Shown here in pieces: positions 43,025 to 56,295 of a stretch of 64,000 nucleotides of DNA. The DNA comes from Octopus vulgaris (Eukaryota): NCBI GenBank assembly GCA_951406725.2, contig OX597832.1, positions 61,008,001 to 61,072,000 on the forward strand, read 5' to 3'. The notes beneath the pieces were generated by a model, which saw only the letters and a list, made by a program, of their open reading frames with translations, had not been told where the DNA came from and made no database searches. A program made the translations under genes and the position numbers. How positions within the stretch are numbered: position 1 is the first letter of the stretch; each line of letters starts with the position of its first letter.

Positions 43025-43418
43025 GGATATGTAACAAGAAGTTTGCTTCCCAAACACATGGTTCTGGGTTCAGTCCCACAGCATGGCACCTTGGTAAAGT
43101 GACTTCTATGATAAGCCGAGTCTGACCAAAGCCTTATGAGTAGATTTTATTCATGGAAACTGAACGAATCCCATCATATACATATGTGTGGGTGTGTGTG
43201 TGTTTGAGTTTGTGTCTGTCCCCTACCACTGATAGACAACTGGTGTTGGTTTATTTACATTTCTGTAACTTAACAGTTTGACAAAAGTGACTGATGGAAT
43301 AAGTATTGAGCTTAAAAGCAAAAATCAGTAAAGGGGTCAATTTGTTCAGCTAACATTCTTCAAGAGAGTGCCCCAGCAGGGCCACAGTCTAATTACTGAA
43401 ACAAGCAAAAGATAAAAA
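43025..43418 (+). mobile_element. Old SINE family A copy
   Basis: GGGTTCAGTCCCAC, GGCACCTTGG and tail GAAACAAGCAAAAGATAAAAAG. Confidence 0.7.
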
Positions 43419-44478
43419 GTGACTTTCTAGGGTAATTTTCTAGGTGCAATCCCATGGTCATTCATGATCGAAGGGAGTCACAAAAAAAAACACATGTTGG
43501 ACATTATTCATTGAGGGAGATAATCTACAGCTGGATGCCTTCCCTGTTGCAAAATTTCATCAGTTTTGAAGCTAGGTATCATCTTTTTCCTACACCCCAA
43601 ACATGTTTTTACTCTAGGTTGGAAATGAATGACACTCACAGCATTAAATTAGCACTCATTTGCATATGTTGGAGCATGGTCGTTGCCAGTGCTGGCTGAC
43701 TGGCTCCCGTGCTGGTGGTGCATAAAAAGTACCATTCAAGCGTGGTCGATACCAGTGCCGCCTGACTGGTCCTCATACCTGTGGCATGTAAAAAGCACTC
43801 ACTACACTCTCAGAGTGATTGGCATTAGGAAGGGCATCCAGCCATATCAGATTGGAGCCTGGTACAGCCTTCTAGTTTGCCACTTCTCAGTCAAACTGTC
43901 CAACCCATGCTAGCATGGAAAGCAGACACTAAACGACGACGACGATGATGATGATGGGGGGTCGATAAAATAAGTGCCGGTGCAGCAATGGGGTCAACCT
44001 AATTGATTTGGCTCCTTCCCTCAAAATTGCTGGCCTCGTGCCAAAATTTGAAAGCAATATGCCTAATTAGGTTAGGACCATTTTGGGACTAGCAATTAAT
44101 TGCCAACCATTTCATGCTGTTCATTCCACACTGAACCCATTTTGATATAGAACATTCTAGCTCTAAGTTGTTTTAGCATTAAGAAAACTTTGGGGTTATT
44201 TTACGTAACAATTAATTAACTTTTACTAATTGCACAAGAAGCAATTAAGAAACTAAAACCAAAACAGACATGGTAATGTTCATAATTACCAACTGCAATA
44301 CTAATTAAAGCTACAGCATAAAGCATATCCATTTCCAAAGTCTGCCAGAGTATGTTAAGGAAGAATTAGAGTTATCACTGTAGACAATCTTCCAGTTTTA
44401 AAAGACATTTTGCATTTCGTGTTTGTGTCATATCAAGGGAGATAACTGCATATTTTATTTAGTCTGCCTTGCATAATA

Positions 44479-44520
<42 letters not shown>

Positions 44521-45204
44521 CATGCTTGCAGGCCAAAGATTTGAAGTTACTGTAGCACCTATTGTAAAAGGTTGAATGAATATGCTCTCTGCTAAAGAGT
44601 ATTGAGTAATTCTTCAATCCAATGTTGTTGAATTGCTCCTATAATTAATTTGACATAAAATAAAGATTAATATCCATCCACCCAAATGTATGTATGTATG
44701 TATGTATGTATGTATGTATGTATGTATGTATGTATGTATGTATGTATGTATGTATTTATGTATGTATGTGTGCATGTATGTATGTATGTGTGTATGTATG
44801 CATGTGCGTATGTATGTATGCATGAATGTATGCATGTCTGTATGTGTATGTATATATGTATGTATATATGCATGTATGTGCGCATGTGTGTATGTGTGTG
44901 TGTATGTATGTATGTGTGTGTGTATGCATGTATGGATGTATGTCTGTATGAGTATTTGTGTGTGTGTGTTTGTGTGTGTGTATCATAGCATGGGCCCCCA
45001 GAATTTCCAGGTTGGTGTCTCAGCATGATAGAAAACCACTGAGCATGAGGCACCCTTCGGCTTTTGTTAAATCATGTCTCTAGGAGAAGTTCAGTCTGAT
45101 ATAAAACCAGATATGCAAGGAATGGCTTTGGACATTTAGAGGATATTCTTCTTGCGCTTGAGACCATGGCACTTCCACATTCCTGACCCTGTGGCCTATA
45201 CTGA

Positions 45205-45970
45205 CACTAGATACCTTGTCTCAGCATATCTGTAGAGAGACCCACATTGGCACTAGATACCTTGTCCCAGCATGTCTGTAGAGTGACCCATATTGGCACT
45301 AGATGCCTTGTCTCAGCATGTCTGTAGAGAGACCCACATTGGCACTAGATACCTTGTCCCAGCATGTCTGTAGAGTGACCCATATTGGCACTAGATGCCT
45401 TGTCTCAGCATGTCTGTAGAGAGACACACATTGGCACTAGATACCTTGTCCCAGCATGTCTGTAGAGTGACCCATATTGGCACTAGATGCCTTGTCTCAG
45501 CATGTCTGTAGAGAGACCCACATTGGCACTAGATACCTTGTCCCAGCATGTCTGTAGAGTGACCCATATTGGCACTAGATGCCTTGTCTCAGCATGTCTG
45601 TAGAGAGACACACATTGGCACTAGATACCTTGTCTCAGCATGTCTGTAGAGAGACCCATATTGGCACTAGATGCCTTGTCTCAGCATGTCTGTAGAGAGA
45701 CACACATTGGCACTAGATGCCTTGTCTCAGCATGTCTGTAGAGTGACCCATATTGGCACTAGATGCCTTGTCTCAGCATGTCTGTAGAGAGACCCATATT
45801 GGCACTAGATGCCTTGTCTCAGCATGTCTGTAGAGAGACCCACATTGGCACTAGATACCTTGTCCCAGCATGTCTGTAGAGTGACCCATATTGGCACTAG
45901 ATGCCTTGTCTCAGCATGTCTGTAAAGAGACCCACATTGGCACTAGATATCTTGTTGCAGCATATCTCTA
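45205..45970. repeat. 46-bp minisatellite, 16 full units plus a partial, with higher-order structure
   Basis: CACTAGAT recurs every 46 bp from 45205 to 45941. Confidence 0.95.
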
Positions 45971-46199
45971 GGTCATGTCAGTAAGGGTTAGAGGATCTAT
46001 GAGGTGTTGTGCAAACCTGCCTGGATCTAAAATTTTGTCCAGGTTTTGCTTTGTCAGCAATGGGCACACTTGCCTATGAGTCAACCGTCATCCTCATATA
46101 GGTATGTATGTGGAAGATCAAGGTGACGGAACATTAAGCTTTGCTGAACCAAGCTGATGGACAGAAGTAACTGAACTGATAGGTGAATGTGGAAGTCCC

Positions 46200-46450
46200 A
46201 GGGAAGTGGTTTAGTGGTTAGGGATGTTGGACTCATGATCATGAGATTGTGGTTTCAATTCCTAGGTCGGGCAATGCATTGTGTTCTTGAGCCAAACACT
46301 GTATTTCACATTCCTCCGGTCCACTCAGCTGGCAAAAATGAGCAACCTTGCAACAGACCGGCGTCCCATCCAGGCAGAGAATATTAACCCCCATGGAAAC
46401 TGGGAAACTGGCTCTTATGAGTCGGGATGACTCGAGAAGGCAAGTTTACC
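46200..46450 (+). mobile_element. Degenerate tRNA-derived SINE (family C-type head)
   Basis: TGGTTTAGTGG A-box, GGTTTCAATTCC B-box and CCACTCAGCTGGCAAAAATGAG. Confidence 0.6.
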
Positions 46451-47214
46451 CTTTTTTTGTTTTACTAAGTCCTAGTTAACATGATCTTCACAATAAATTT
46501 GACTCCAGCATTGACTCTATAATTAGTATAGAGTCAGGTCATCAGTAAACACTCCATTGTTAATCTTAAAACTTCTTTAATATCATTAATTCAATATACA
46601 TAAACACACACACACACACATATATATATATACGACAAGCTTCTTCCAGTTTCCGTCAACTAAATCCACTCACAAGGCTTTGGTTGGCCCAAAGCTATAG
46701 TAGAAGATACTTTCTCAAGGTGCTATGCAATGGGACTGAACCTGGAACCATTTGACTCAGAAGCAAGCTTCTTCACACACATACACACACATCATCATCC
46801 ACACGCACCTATTATATGTATTCATTATATTCATATATATATATATATTTGTGCATGTATATATACATAAACACAGTAATCAATATTTCATTACAGAATT
46901 ATGGGTTGTTCTATATTAGTGTGCGTGCGTGCTTGTGTGTGTGTGTTTGGGGGGTAGTGTAAGGTCTTATATGCCAGCATACAGTGTATATTCTAATACC
47001 ACCAGTCAACCATTCATCCATGCAATCAGGTCACCCCCCACAACTCACCACCACCACCACCACCACCACCACCACCACCACCACCATCAACACCACCAAC
47101 ACCACCACCACTGCTGCTTATCCACAGAATCTCATTCCTTTTTCACCCATCTCGCTTGTCCTATCTCGCTCCATACTGTTTACCCAGTTCAGCTGTCTCG
47201 GGTTATAAAAGCAT

Positions 47215-47278
<64 letters not shown>

Positions 47279-47990
47279 TTTGTAAATATATATTCACATG
47301 TAGTGAGTGAATCAATGACACACAAGAGCAAACAATACACAACACATAACCTTATCAGTTCCATTAATCAAAAAACCATCTTGTTATTGCTATCTGTGTA
47401 GTGAATTGACACAGGATGCTGGTGTTGTGCTGATCAACCACAGGATGCACCTCATAAGATGATGATGCTGAAGAGGATGAATAAATAAATAAATAAATAA
47501 AAACAAATAAATGCAAAAGTACATATTTGACTCATACAAAGAAGATATAGTTTCAGTATAAATGTTATTTGCCTCCTTGGCTGGATTTGAACTCAGATGT
47601 CCAGAACAAATGCTGCCCAGGGAGTCTATTTAATGCTCTAATAATTCCGCCCATTCACATAACCCTATTCACATCCCACCACTGTGTATTTTAACTCTTG
47701 AACTCCTGGAAGATGCTGTACCCCATGTGACTGCATCACATGACTTAGCAAAATATTTAGGGTTTACAAACTAAGTTTCTTTGTCTTTTGTTACTCTATT
47801 TCTATTGAAATGTAGTTTTGACAATAATGACAAATTTAGCAAAAGGGGTTTTCTCCCCTGCTTGCAATATATACTTGGTGCAGATTGCATTGAGAACCAG
47901 CTGGCAGAGGCTCTGCTGGGGTTCAATGGTAGTAACATCAAATAGCCATATCAATGTGGTGATAAATATTACTTCTCTATAGAGTTACTA

Positions 47991-48166
47991 CTCTCTCTTT
48001 TACTCTTTTACTTGTTTCAGTCATGACTATGGACTTATTCTTTGTAAGCCTAGTATTTATTCTATTGTTCTCTTTTGCTGAACCGCTAAGTTATGGCGAC
48101 GTAAACACACCAGCATCGGTTGTCAAGCGATGTTGGGGGGTGGGGTGGACAAAAACAGACACACAA

Positions 48167-48205
<39 letters not shown>

Positions 48206-48439
48206 CATATAAGGCGGCGAGCTGGCAGAGACGTTAGCACGCCGGGCGAAATGCTTAACGGTATTTTGTCTGCCACTACGTTCTGAGTTCAAATTCCGCT
48301 GAGGTCGACTTTGCCTTTCATCCTTTCCGGGTCGATAAATAAAGTACCAGTTTCGCACTGAGGTCGATGTAATCAACTTAATCCCTTTGTCTGTCCTTGT
48401 TTGTCCCCTGTGTTTAGCCCCTTGTGGGTAGTAAAGAAA

Positions 48440-48479
<40 letters not shown>

Positions 48480-48640
48480 ACGGGCTTCTTTCAGTTTCCG
48501 TCCACCAAATCCATTCACAAAGCTTTGATCGGCCTGAAGCAATAGTAGAAGACACTTGCCCACGGTGCCATGCAGTGGGACTGAACCCGGAACCTTGAGG
48601 TTGGTAAGCAATATACTTACCACACAGCCACTCCTGCGCC
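47991..48640 (-). mobile_element. SINE family A with a family B SINE (48213-48440, +) nested in its internal microsatellite
   Basis: A 3' half at 47991-48200, B copy starting GGCGGCGAGCTGGCAG, and A 5' half at 48475-48640. Confidence 0.85.
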
Positions 48641-49452
48641 TACTTTCATCTTTTATAGAGATTTTCTAACAAGCTACTTTGCTTGTTGTAATCAGTTACT
48701 GATTGTTACTTTGTTTTCTATATATTTTGAGCTGGAGCAAATTTCGACCCCGAAAGGATGAAAGGCAAAGTCGACCTCGGCGGAATTTGAACTCAGAACG
48801 TAACGGCAGACGAAATACGGCTAAGCATTTCGCACGGCGGGCTAACGACTCTACCGTCTCGCCGCCTTACTGACAATATAAGATTATCTTTATGTCCTTT
48901 GTTTTTAAGACAGAAAGGTGGTATTTGAGGTATATTTGGGAGTTATTTCTACCAGGAGAACGACATCATAAAGGGTCCCCTACTGTTTCATCTAGCGAGC
49001 AGTGGTTAGTAAAAGATTCTGCTGTGTTGGAAGGATTCTGGTCTATTTCTATCAATTCCGCACCGAAAAACGAATTTATTTTCCTACATCGTAAATGGAC
49101 AAAGAAAAGGGGATAATATGAAATAAAATGACATTTCTAGAAATACAACAAACACCTCCAACTTAACAATCACTCAAAATACGGTGAAATTCAGGATCTT
49201 CTGATGTTCAAACATAATGAAGTACAAAATATTAATTACGAAGAATTAACTATTTTGAATTATAATTAATTACCCTAGCTTGCTTCTCTCTCAGCTATAT
49301 TTATAATATCGTCTTTTTTTCTTTTGTTTATAAAAATATGCCTCACCTTCAAAGTAAACACCAATATTTATCACTATTTTGTAAAACCTTACGAGACGAA
49401 ACATGAACTACGAAACTAAAGGTGTAAATAAATAATAATAATAATAATAATG

Positions 49453-49512
<60 letters not shown>

Positions 49513-49514
49513 TG

Positions 49515-49570
<56 letters not shown>

Positions 49571-49734
49571 GATCTGGTGTATATATATTTAAAAAAAAAC
49601 ATGGAATATGAAATTAAGAAACTCGAAAACAATTATTTTCTACTTTTCTCTATTTTTTTTCCTCGGATTGTTTATTTGATCCAAGCAAGACGACTAACGT
49701 ACGTCTGCTAATGACGAGATTATGCATGTGTGTG

Positions 49735-49792
<58 letters not shown>

Positions 49793-49850
49793 TGTGTATA
49801 TGTGTGTGTGTATATGTGTGTGTGTGTATGTGTGTGCGTATATACTCACA

Positions 49851-49909
<59 letters not shown>

Positions 49910-50975
49910 TACACGAACGTACATACATATTTATATTTATAAGTATGTACGTATGTATAGGTACATATTAAAGTACGAAAATAAAGTTCATGAATTATAA
50001 ACCACATTGCCTGTTCAAGATTTTTTTTGTCCAAGAATAATTCGCGACTCAACGACCAAATCGATTCCTTTTGCATTGTCTCAAAGTTATATTTTTCTTC
50101 TGTGAACAGGAAATTAAACAAGTACGAAAAGTAAGTGACCTGATTAAAGAATAGATATTTCCCATTAATACGTTCTCACTATTGAAATCTTTTGCTTTAT
50201 TTTTTAAATTTTGTTTGATTTGAAGAGAAGCAGACGATCATCTGGTCATCTTTGTATTGTCTGAAAGATCTATTAATTCAAGACAATAAATCAATGATGT
50301 CCTTGCTTTATTTTTCTTTATGTTTTCTGTTATACTCTCGTTCCCTTTTTAGTATGTACGCATCACAAGAATGGAAACTAATTTTTACCGGTTCTTTATT
50401 TCATCAACCCCATGTCCCAGAATGTTAACCCTTTAGGTTTTAAATTGGCCATATCCTGCCAAAATATTCTACTTGTTTTATGTTTCCAACTTGCCAGACC
50501 TGGCCTCTCACACCCACCCTGCAATGTCATTCTATAAATAAACAATTACATCATTGAAATTTCGGAGCTACAATATAATGCTTTATATATTCAAAACAAT
50601 GTGAGTAAATATACATTTGACAGAAAACTGCAAAAATTTGAACCCGGAACATAAAGGGTTGTAACTAAATACTGTAAATATTTTGTCCGATCCTTCAACG
50701 ATTCTGAAATTTTATTTGTGTAACAACCACAAGGATTTGTGTTGATAACATCGCTTTGAATTTGCGAGGTTCGATCCCGCAGCGCCGTGCTTAGGTAAGA
50801 GTCTTCTATCAGATTAAACTTGATTAAATAAAGGTTGTAAATTCGGTTGATGAAAATTCCTTGGATGGGACGAAACCAAATTTTTTTGTTCATATTTATC
50901 TCAAAGTTAGTCATTATTGAACAGATTTTTCGATCACAACCAACCCGCCGCTTTTATATACCAGCGACACACACA

Positions 50976-51196
50976 GAGTTATCCCTCGCCATATCACGGT
51001 TCACCTATCGCGGTTTATTATTTAAGCTTACATCGATTCCTCCATGGTGTTGTTTTGCATTTATAATAAAATAAATAGATACAAATTATGAAAATAATAA
51101 AAAAATAACATACAGTACAGTACTGTTTCTACTTGGCGAATTTCACCTATCGCGGGTTGTTTTGGAACGTAACACTCGCGATAACCGAGGGATTAC

Positions 51197-51198
<2 letters not shown>
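50976..51198. mobile_element. Tigger-like MITE, inverted homolog of 17046-17275
   Basis: ATCCCTCGCCATATCACGGTTCACCTATCGCGG...CGAGGGATTACT|CTA. Confidence 0.7.
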
Positions 51199-51267
<69 letters not shown>

Positions 51268-51736
51268 GTCTGTCTGTCTGTCTGTCTGTCTATGCTTCAA
51301 GAGACGCATTCGTGTCCATAGAACATGATGACCGCTTTATTTTACTGAACCGTCATTTGTGGTTCATGACGAGTCTATCATGCCTTCATCCTTTGGACAA
51401 TAACTGAAGAGGATTTAGCGACATTGTATGTGTGTATTTTCCGTCTGTACTTCGTTCTTTTATTCGTTTACTTGTTTCAGTCATTTGATTGCAGCCATGC
51501 TGGAGCAAAAAAAAATCGACTCTACGACTTATTCTTTGTAAGCCTGTTACTTATTCTTATCCGTCTCTTTTGCAGAACCGTTATGTTACGGCGATGTAAA
51601 CGCACCTGCATCGGTTGTCAAACGATGGTTCGTGGGCTGGGGGCGGGGGACAAACACGGACACAAAAACACACACATAAATATATACATACATAATACAC
51701 ACATATGTATATATATTTATGTAAGAAATAGTGCAA

Positions 51737-52120
51737 TCTCTCTATATATAAACGGCAGTTTGTCTGTGTGTGTTTCTGTGTGTCTGTTAGGTTGTACCCT
51801 CACCCTGACCACGGCTTTCAACCGATTCTGATGAAACTTGACCCACACATAGCCCAATGTCATAATTCAAAACTAACGTAGCGAAAATTTTGAAAAGTTC
51901 CCCCAGTTCTGAAAAAGATCGATAAATTCGACATGGGGTCGACAATCAGAAACACAAACCACAGATGGTCTAGGGGACGCAACTCGACCTTTTTAACTAT
52001 CAAAAAAATTTACCATCATTTTTTTCCCCATTTTTTTGCTATTTTTTGGCTATAACTCTCTAAAAATGCTTTATAGTTATTTCCCTTACAAACCCGAGCA
52101 ACGCCGGGCGATACTGCTAG
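51737..52120 (+). mobile_element. Non-autonomous Helitron
   Basis: A|TC start, 3' hairpin CCCG(AG)CAACGCCGGG and CTAG|T end. It is inserted in AT with no TSD. Confidence 0.8.
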
Positions 52121-52402
52121 TTTATAATAATCGTAACTTTATACATATGTTTAACATCGGCGTATTTAAAAGAAACTTCTGAATTAATGAATCGTTGATT
52201 AAAAGTTTCTTTTAATGAATAAAATATATCCTTATATATTTTTTCGTAATAGTATATAGAATTACAGAGATGTACTTGCATAGCAAGTGACCTGATCTGA
52301 GATCGGGTAGCTGGAACGAAAACAATTGCAGCGTGGAAGGTTTTTATAAGCCCTTTGAGAAACACACATAAACAGTTAGATTCACTTGAACATTTAAATT
52401 TA

Positions 52403-52455
52403 ATTTGCCGAAATATTTTCGTCGCTTTGAGACCGCGACCTGTTCTCTGACAAAA
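52403..52455 (-). ncRNA. Hammerhead-like motif with G3/C8 core variant (degenerate)
   Basis: Minus strand reads TTTGTCA-GAGAACA-G-GTCGC..GCGAC-GAAA-ATAT-TT-CGGCAAA. Confidence 0.4.
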
Positions 52456-52787
52456 TTCCGTGCTACATATAGAAATTAAAAATATATTTCTTGCTCCACC
52501 TTAAATTCGTAACATATAGATTCTATTATGTTGATTTTTATATAATAAAAATGGGCATGGATTATTTTAGATTAAAATATCTTTAGATTAATATTATTAA
52601 AGATGCATAAGAACATTTTATGACCGTTTTAATTGTTTTGTATATTTGATTTATTTTATCTATTTGAATTTTGGTTTTGTTTTATATTTATTATATTTTT
52701 GAATTATTAACGCTCACACTCGTAAACATAGATATATTTTAAATAATTTAGTAGTACTTGCATGAAATTTTTGTCTATCTTTTAGAC

Positions 52788-52881
52788 AAATATTGCCCTG
52801 ACGAGATCCATATACATAAATGTGAATTTTTATAAATTCACAAGGGGATATGAATCGAAACAAATTGTAGGACATATATTT
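52788..52881 (+). ncRNA. Type I hammerhead motif with extended stem II and intact core
   Basis: CTGACGA 52798-52804; stem II GATCCATAT/ATATGAATC enclosing TGTGAATTT/AAATTCACA; GAAA 52857-52860; CAAATTG; GTA triplet. Stem I is imperfect. Confidence 0.65.
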
Positions 52882-53178
52882 GTTTTAATAATTTGTTATG
52901 TTATCTCTTTTTAAATTATAATTATATTTTATTATGAGATTAATAAATTTATAATTTGTCAATCGTATTTCTCTATTTCCTTTAATATATATATATACAA
53001 CGGGCTTCTTTTCAGTTTCCGTCTACCAAATCCACTCACACGGCTTTGGTTGGTCTGAGGCTATAGCACAAGACACTTATCCAAAGTGCCATGCAGTGGG
53101 ACTGAACCCGGAACCATGTGGTTGATTAGCTCAAAGCCACGCCTTATATATTTTTTGAACATGCATGTTTATATCGGT

Positions 53179-53212
<34 letters not shown>

Positions 53213-54508
53213 TGACGGATACATAAGTACCAAGACAGTGTATATAATTCCTCGCTTTTCTAAGACAGTACGGCACGATTTAGAGGATTATTGACTGCCA
53301 TTTCTAGTAGATCGAACGACAAGGTAGTGTCTTCTCTGATATCGTGGACTGAATCCTCCACTTGGCACCTGGGTATCTTTAACATAATCCACATTTTATT
53401 TTTAACTAACTTTCACTGGGGTGAAATTTAGCTAAAAATATTCTCGATATTTTGATGCGTTTCTTCTTCCTTTCGTTTATCCATGGTTCGTGCTTCTTTT
53501 CACCTCTTCCATCAGTCTCAGATGTTCAGTAAAACAGCCATGGCTAACGTCCAGTATTGGATTTAGACATAAGCTAATCAAACAAACTACATAGAGCCCC
53601 AACCTTTTCACGGAGGCCACAAGATATTTTTGGTTAGGTTTCGTCAAACGTTTTTTTTTAACAAAGCACTTTAATGCAGTTTATATGGTTTTGAGGTTTA
53701 TCAAGTCTTAATCCAGCTTTGCGACTGATCCTCTCTCTCCTTGCTAATCCTTAAAATATCAAAAAAAAAAAACAAAACAAAATAAATTCGTATAGTTATA
53801 GTTTAAAGCAAGGGCTGGCAAAGTGGTCAATAGAGGTCCTTAGTCTTAGAGTAGGGTATATGTGTTTATTCAAGGGGTCGATAAAAACACTTGTAACTGT
53901 TTTGAGCATTAAAGGAACTCAAGTAATTGCGAACTGAATCTGAAAGAGTATTGTATTTTAAGCCTTTAACTTGAATTCAGAACTGAACTTTTCGGATCAT
54001 GCCCATATATGGTCAAATATTTGTTACGTTTTTGGTCCCCCCGAGGTTACAGATAGAACTTGCTTTCTATATTGTGTCTACGTACAAGCTTTTTATCTCT
54101 TTATACCTTTTACTTATATTTCTTATATATATATATATATATATATATTTAAACACATAAGAGACGACCATAATAGGACATCTGACTCATTAGAAAGAGC
54201 AGTTAAACTCCAAACCACTAATAGTTGTAATTCTGAAAGGGAAAGAGAAATAAAAACGTTTACCCTATCTTTCCTGGACTATGCATAGTTTCGGCAATCT
54301 TTTGTAAATAAAATAAAATTATTTTACTTTACAATTGGCTTCAGCGGGAAGCCAAGGCTAACATATAGGTACGAGGCGATAGGGACCATGCCTCGAGTCT
54401 ATATGCTATAACTTTTCAAAATTCACCACGCATGCGCGGTTTTTCAGCAGTAAATATAACTGCCGATTTTCTTTCAAAATTAGCCAAAAAAATCCTTTTA
54501 TCATTAAT

Positions 54509-54604
54509 TAATAAATCTTAGGGTATTTTAGAAAAATTTTAGAAAAATTCTAGAAAATTTTCTAGAATTTTTCTAAATTTATTTTGCTACCCTAAGATTT
54601 ATTA
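54509..54604. repeat. AT-rich hairpin with a 40-bp perfect central palindrome
   Basis: 54538-54577 is self-complementary; outer arms are TAATAAATCTTAGGGTA / TACCCTAAGATTTATTA. Confidence 0.9.
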
Positions 54605-55012
54605 TATATATATATATATATATATAGTATCTAACGGTGGAACTCGAAGCTAACTGCTACATAATAGCGTATAAACATTGGCTTTAAAAAGCCCTTAAAT
54701 GGAAAACATCGGAAGCTGCTCATGGAATTTTTTCCATCCATGACGTTTCTAGCCGTTAATGTTTTCTCTCTGTTTATTTCCTCATATTCGTTTCTATTGA
54801 AGAGCATATGCTCGAAACGTAAAAGACTTTCTTACCTTCCCGAACGTCAAACTAATATTGAAGTTAATGTCTGGCCGTAGAGAGGTGAAGAGTTAAATTT
54901 GTCTTCGGACTAAAGTTTGATGAGTGCTCCACGAAAATACGGCTTCCGTGAGTGTGAAACCATTGATCACTCTGTGACCAGACATTAGCTTTATTACTTT
55001 AATATTTTAGAG

Positions 55013-55355
55013 CAGTGCTCTTCAACCTGGGTCCGTATGACCTCTGAAGGTCCATAAAAGATTTCGTGGGGTCCACACAACAAAATAGTAATTTGGGGAT
55101 CTACAATAGTATTTTAAGGACCCCTGAAAAATTTGCTTTAGATGTATGTATTGGTGTGTATTGCAAGAAACAGCTGGGGTTCTTTAACATTTTACATCGT
55201 TCAAACTACACAAGTTAGTGTGTGAAAAACAAAATAGGAATTTTGAAAGAGGTTTCTATAAAACTAGTTTTTTAAACTTCGAATGGCTATGGGGGTTCAC
55301 CAGAATAAAATAGTAATCAAAGGGGTCCATAGATAAAAAAAATTGTTGAAAACTG
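55013..55355. mobile_element. hAT-like MITE, uninterrupted
   Basis: Ends CAGTGCTCTTCAAC / GTTGAAAACTG with GGGGTCC subterminal motifs; homologous to the 17654-20452 pieces. Confidence 0.65.
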
Positions 55356-55396
55356 CTTAAAGTGTGCTTCTTATTCGGATATATGATACTTTGACA

Positions 55397-55427
<31 letters not shown>

Positions 55428-56164
55428 TGCATGTATGTATGTATGTATGTATGTATGTATGTATGTATGTACGTGTGTATGTATGTATGTATGTATGTAT
55501 GTATGTATGTATGTATGTATGTATGTATGTATCTATCTATCTATCTATATATATATTTCTTTATTACCTACAAGGGGCTAAACATAGAGGGAACAGACGA
55601 ACGGACTAAGTCGATTACATCGACCCCAGTGCGTAACTGGTACTAATTTATCGACCCCGAAAGTATGAAAGGCAAAGTTGATCTCAGCGGAATTTGAACT
55701 CAGAACGTACTATATATATATATATATATATATGTATACACACACACATATGCGTATCAGGACAATTCCTCTCCCCCCATAGGACGATTACCCTCTTTGG
55801 TTAATTATCCCTTCTGCAATATATTAACAAGTTTCAAATCCTCATCTGTTGTCCTTGCGGGGTGAATTTCCATGGGGGGGGGGGGGTAAATGTCCTAGAT
55901 TCCTCACACGCACACATATTAAAGGCAATTGAAAGGCAACACCCATCAAAATAATGACTGCATGTCTGTCTGTCTGTTTGTCTGCCTGCTTGCCTCTCTG
56001 TCTGTCCGTCCGTCCGTCTCTCTCTCTCTCTATCTATCTTTCTGTCTGTCTATCTGTCAGTTTATCTGTCTGTCTGTCTATCTGTCTATCTGTCTGTTTG
56101 CCCGTCTATCTGTCCGTCTATCCGTCTCTCTCTCTCTCCCTCTCTCTCTATATATATATGTCTG

Positions 56165-56295
<131 letters not shown>

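Noticed and set aside
45205-45970. Regularly spaced repeats resembling a CRISPR array
   Set aside because: Units are contiguous with no unique spacers, there are no cas genes, and the context is eukaryotic.
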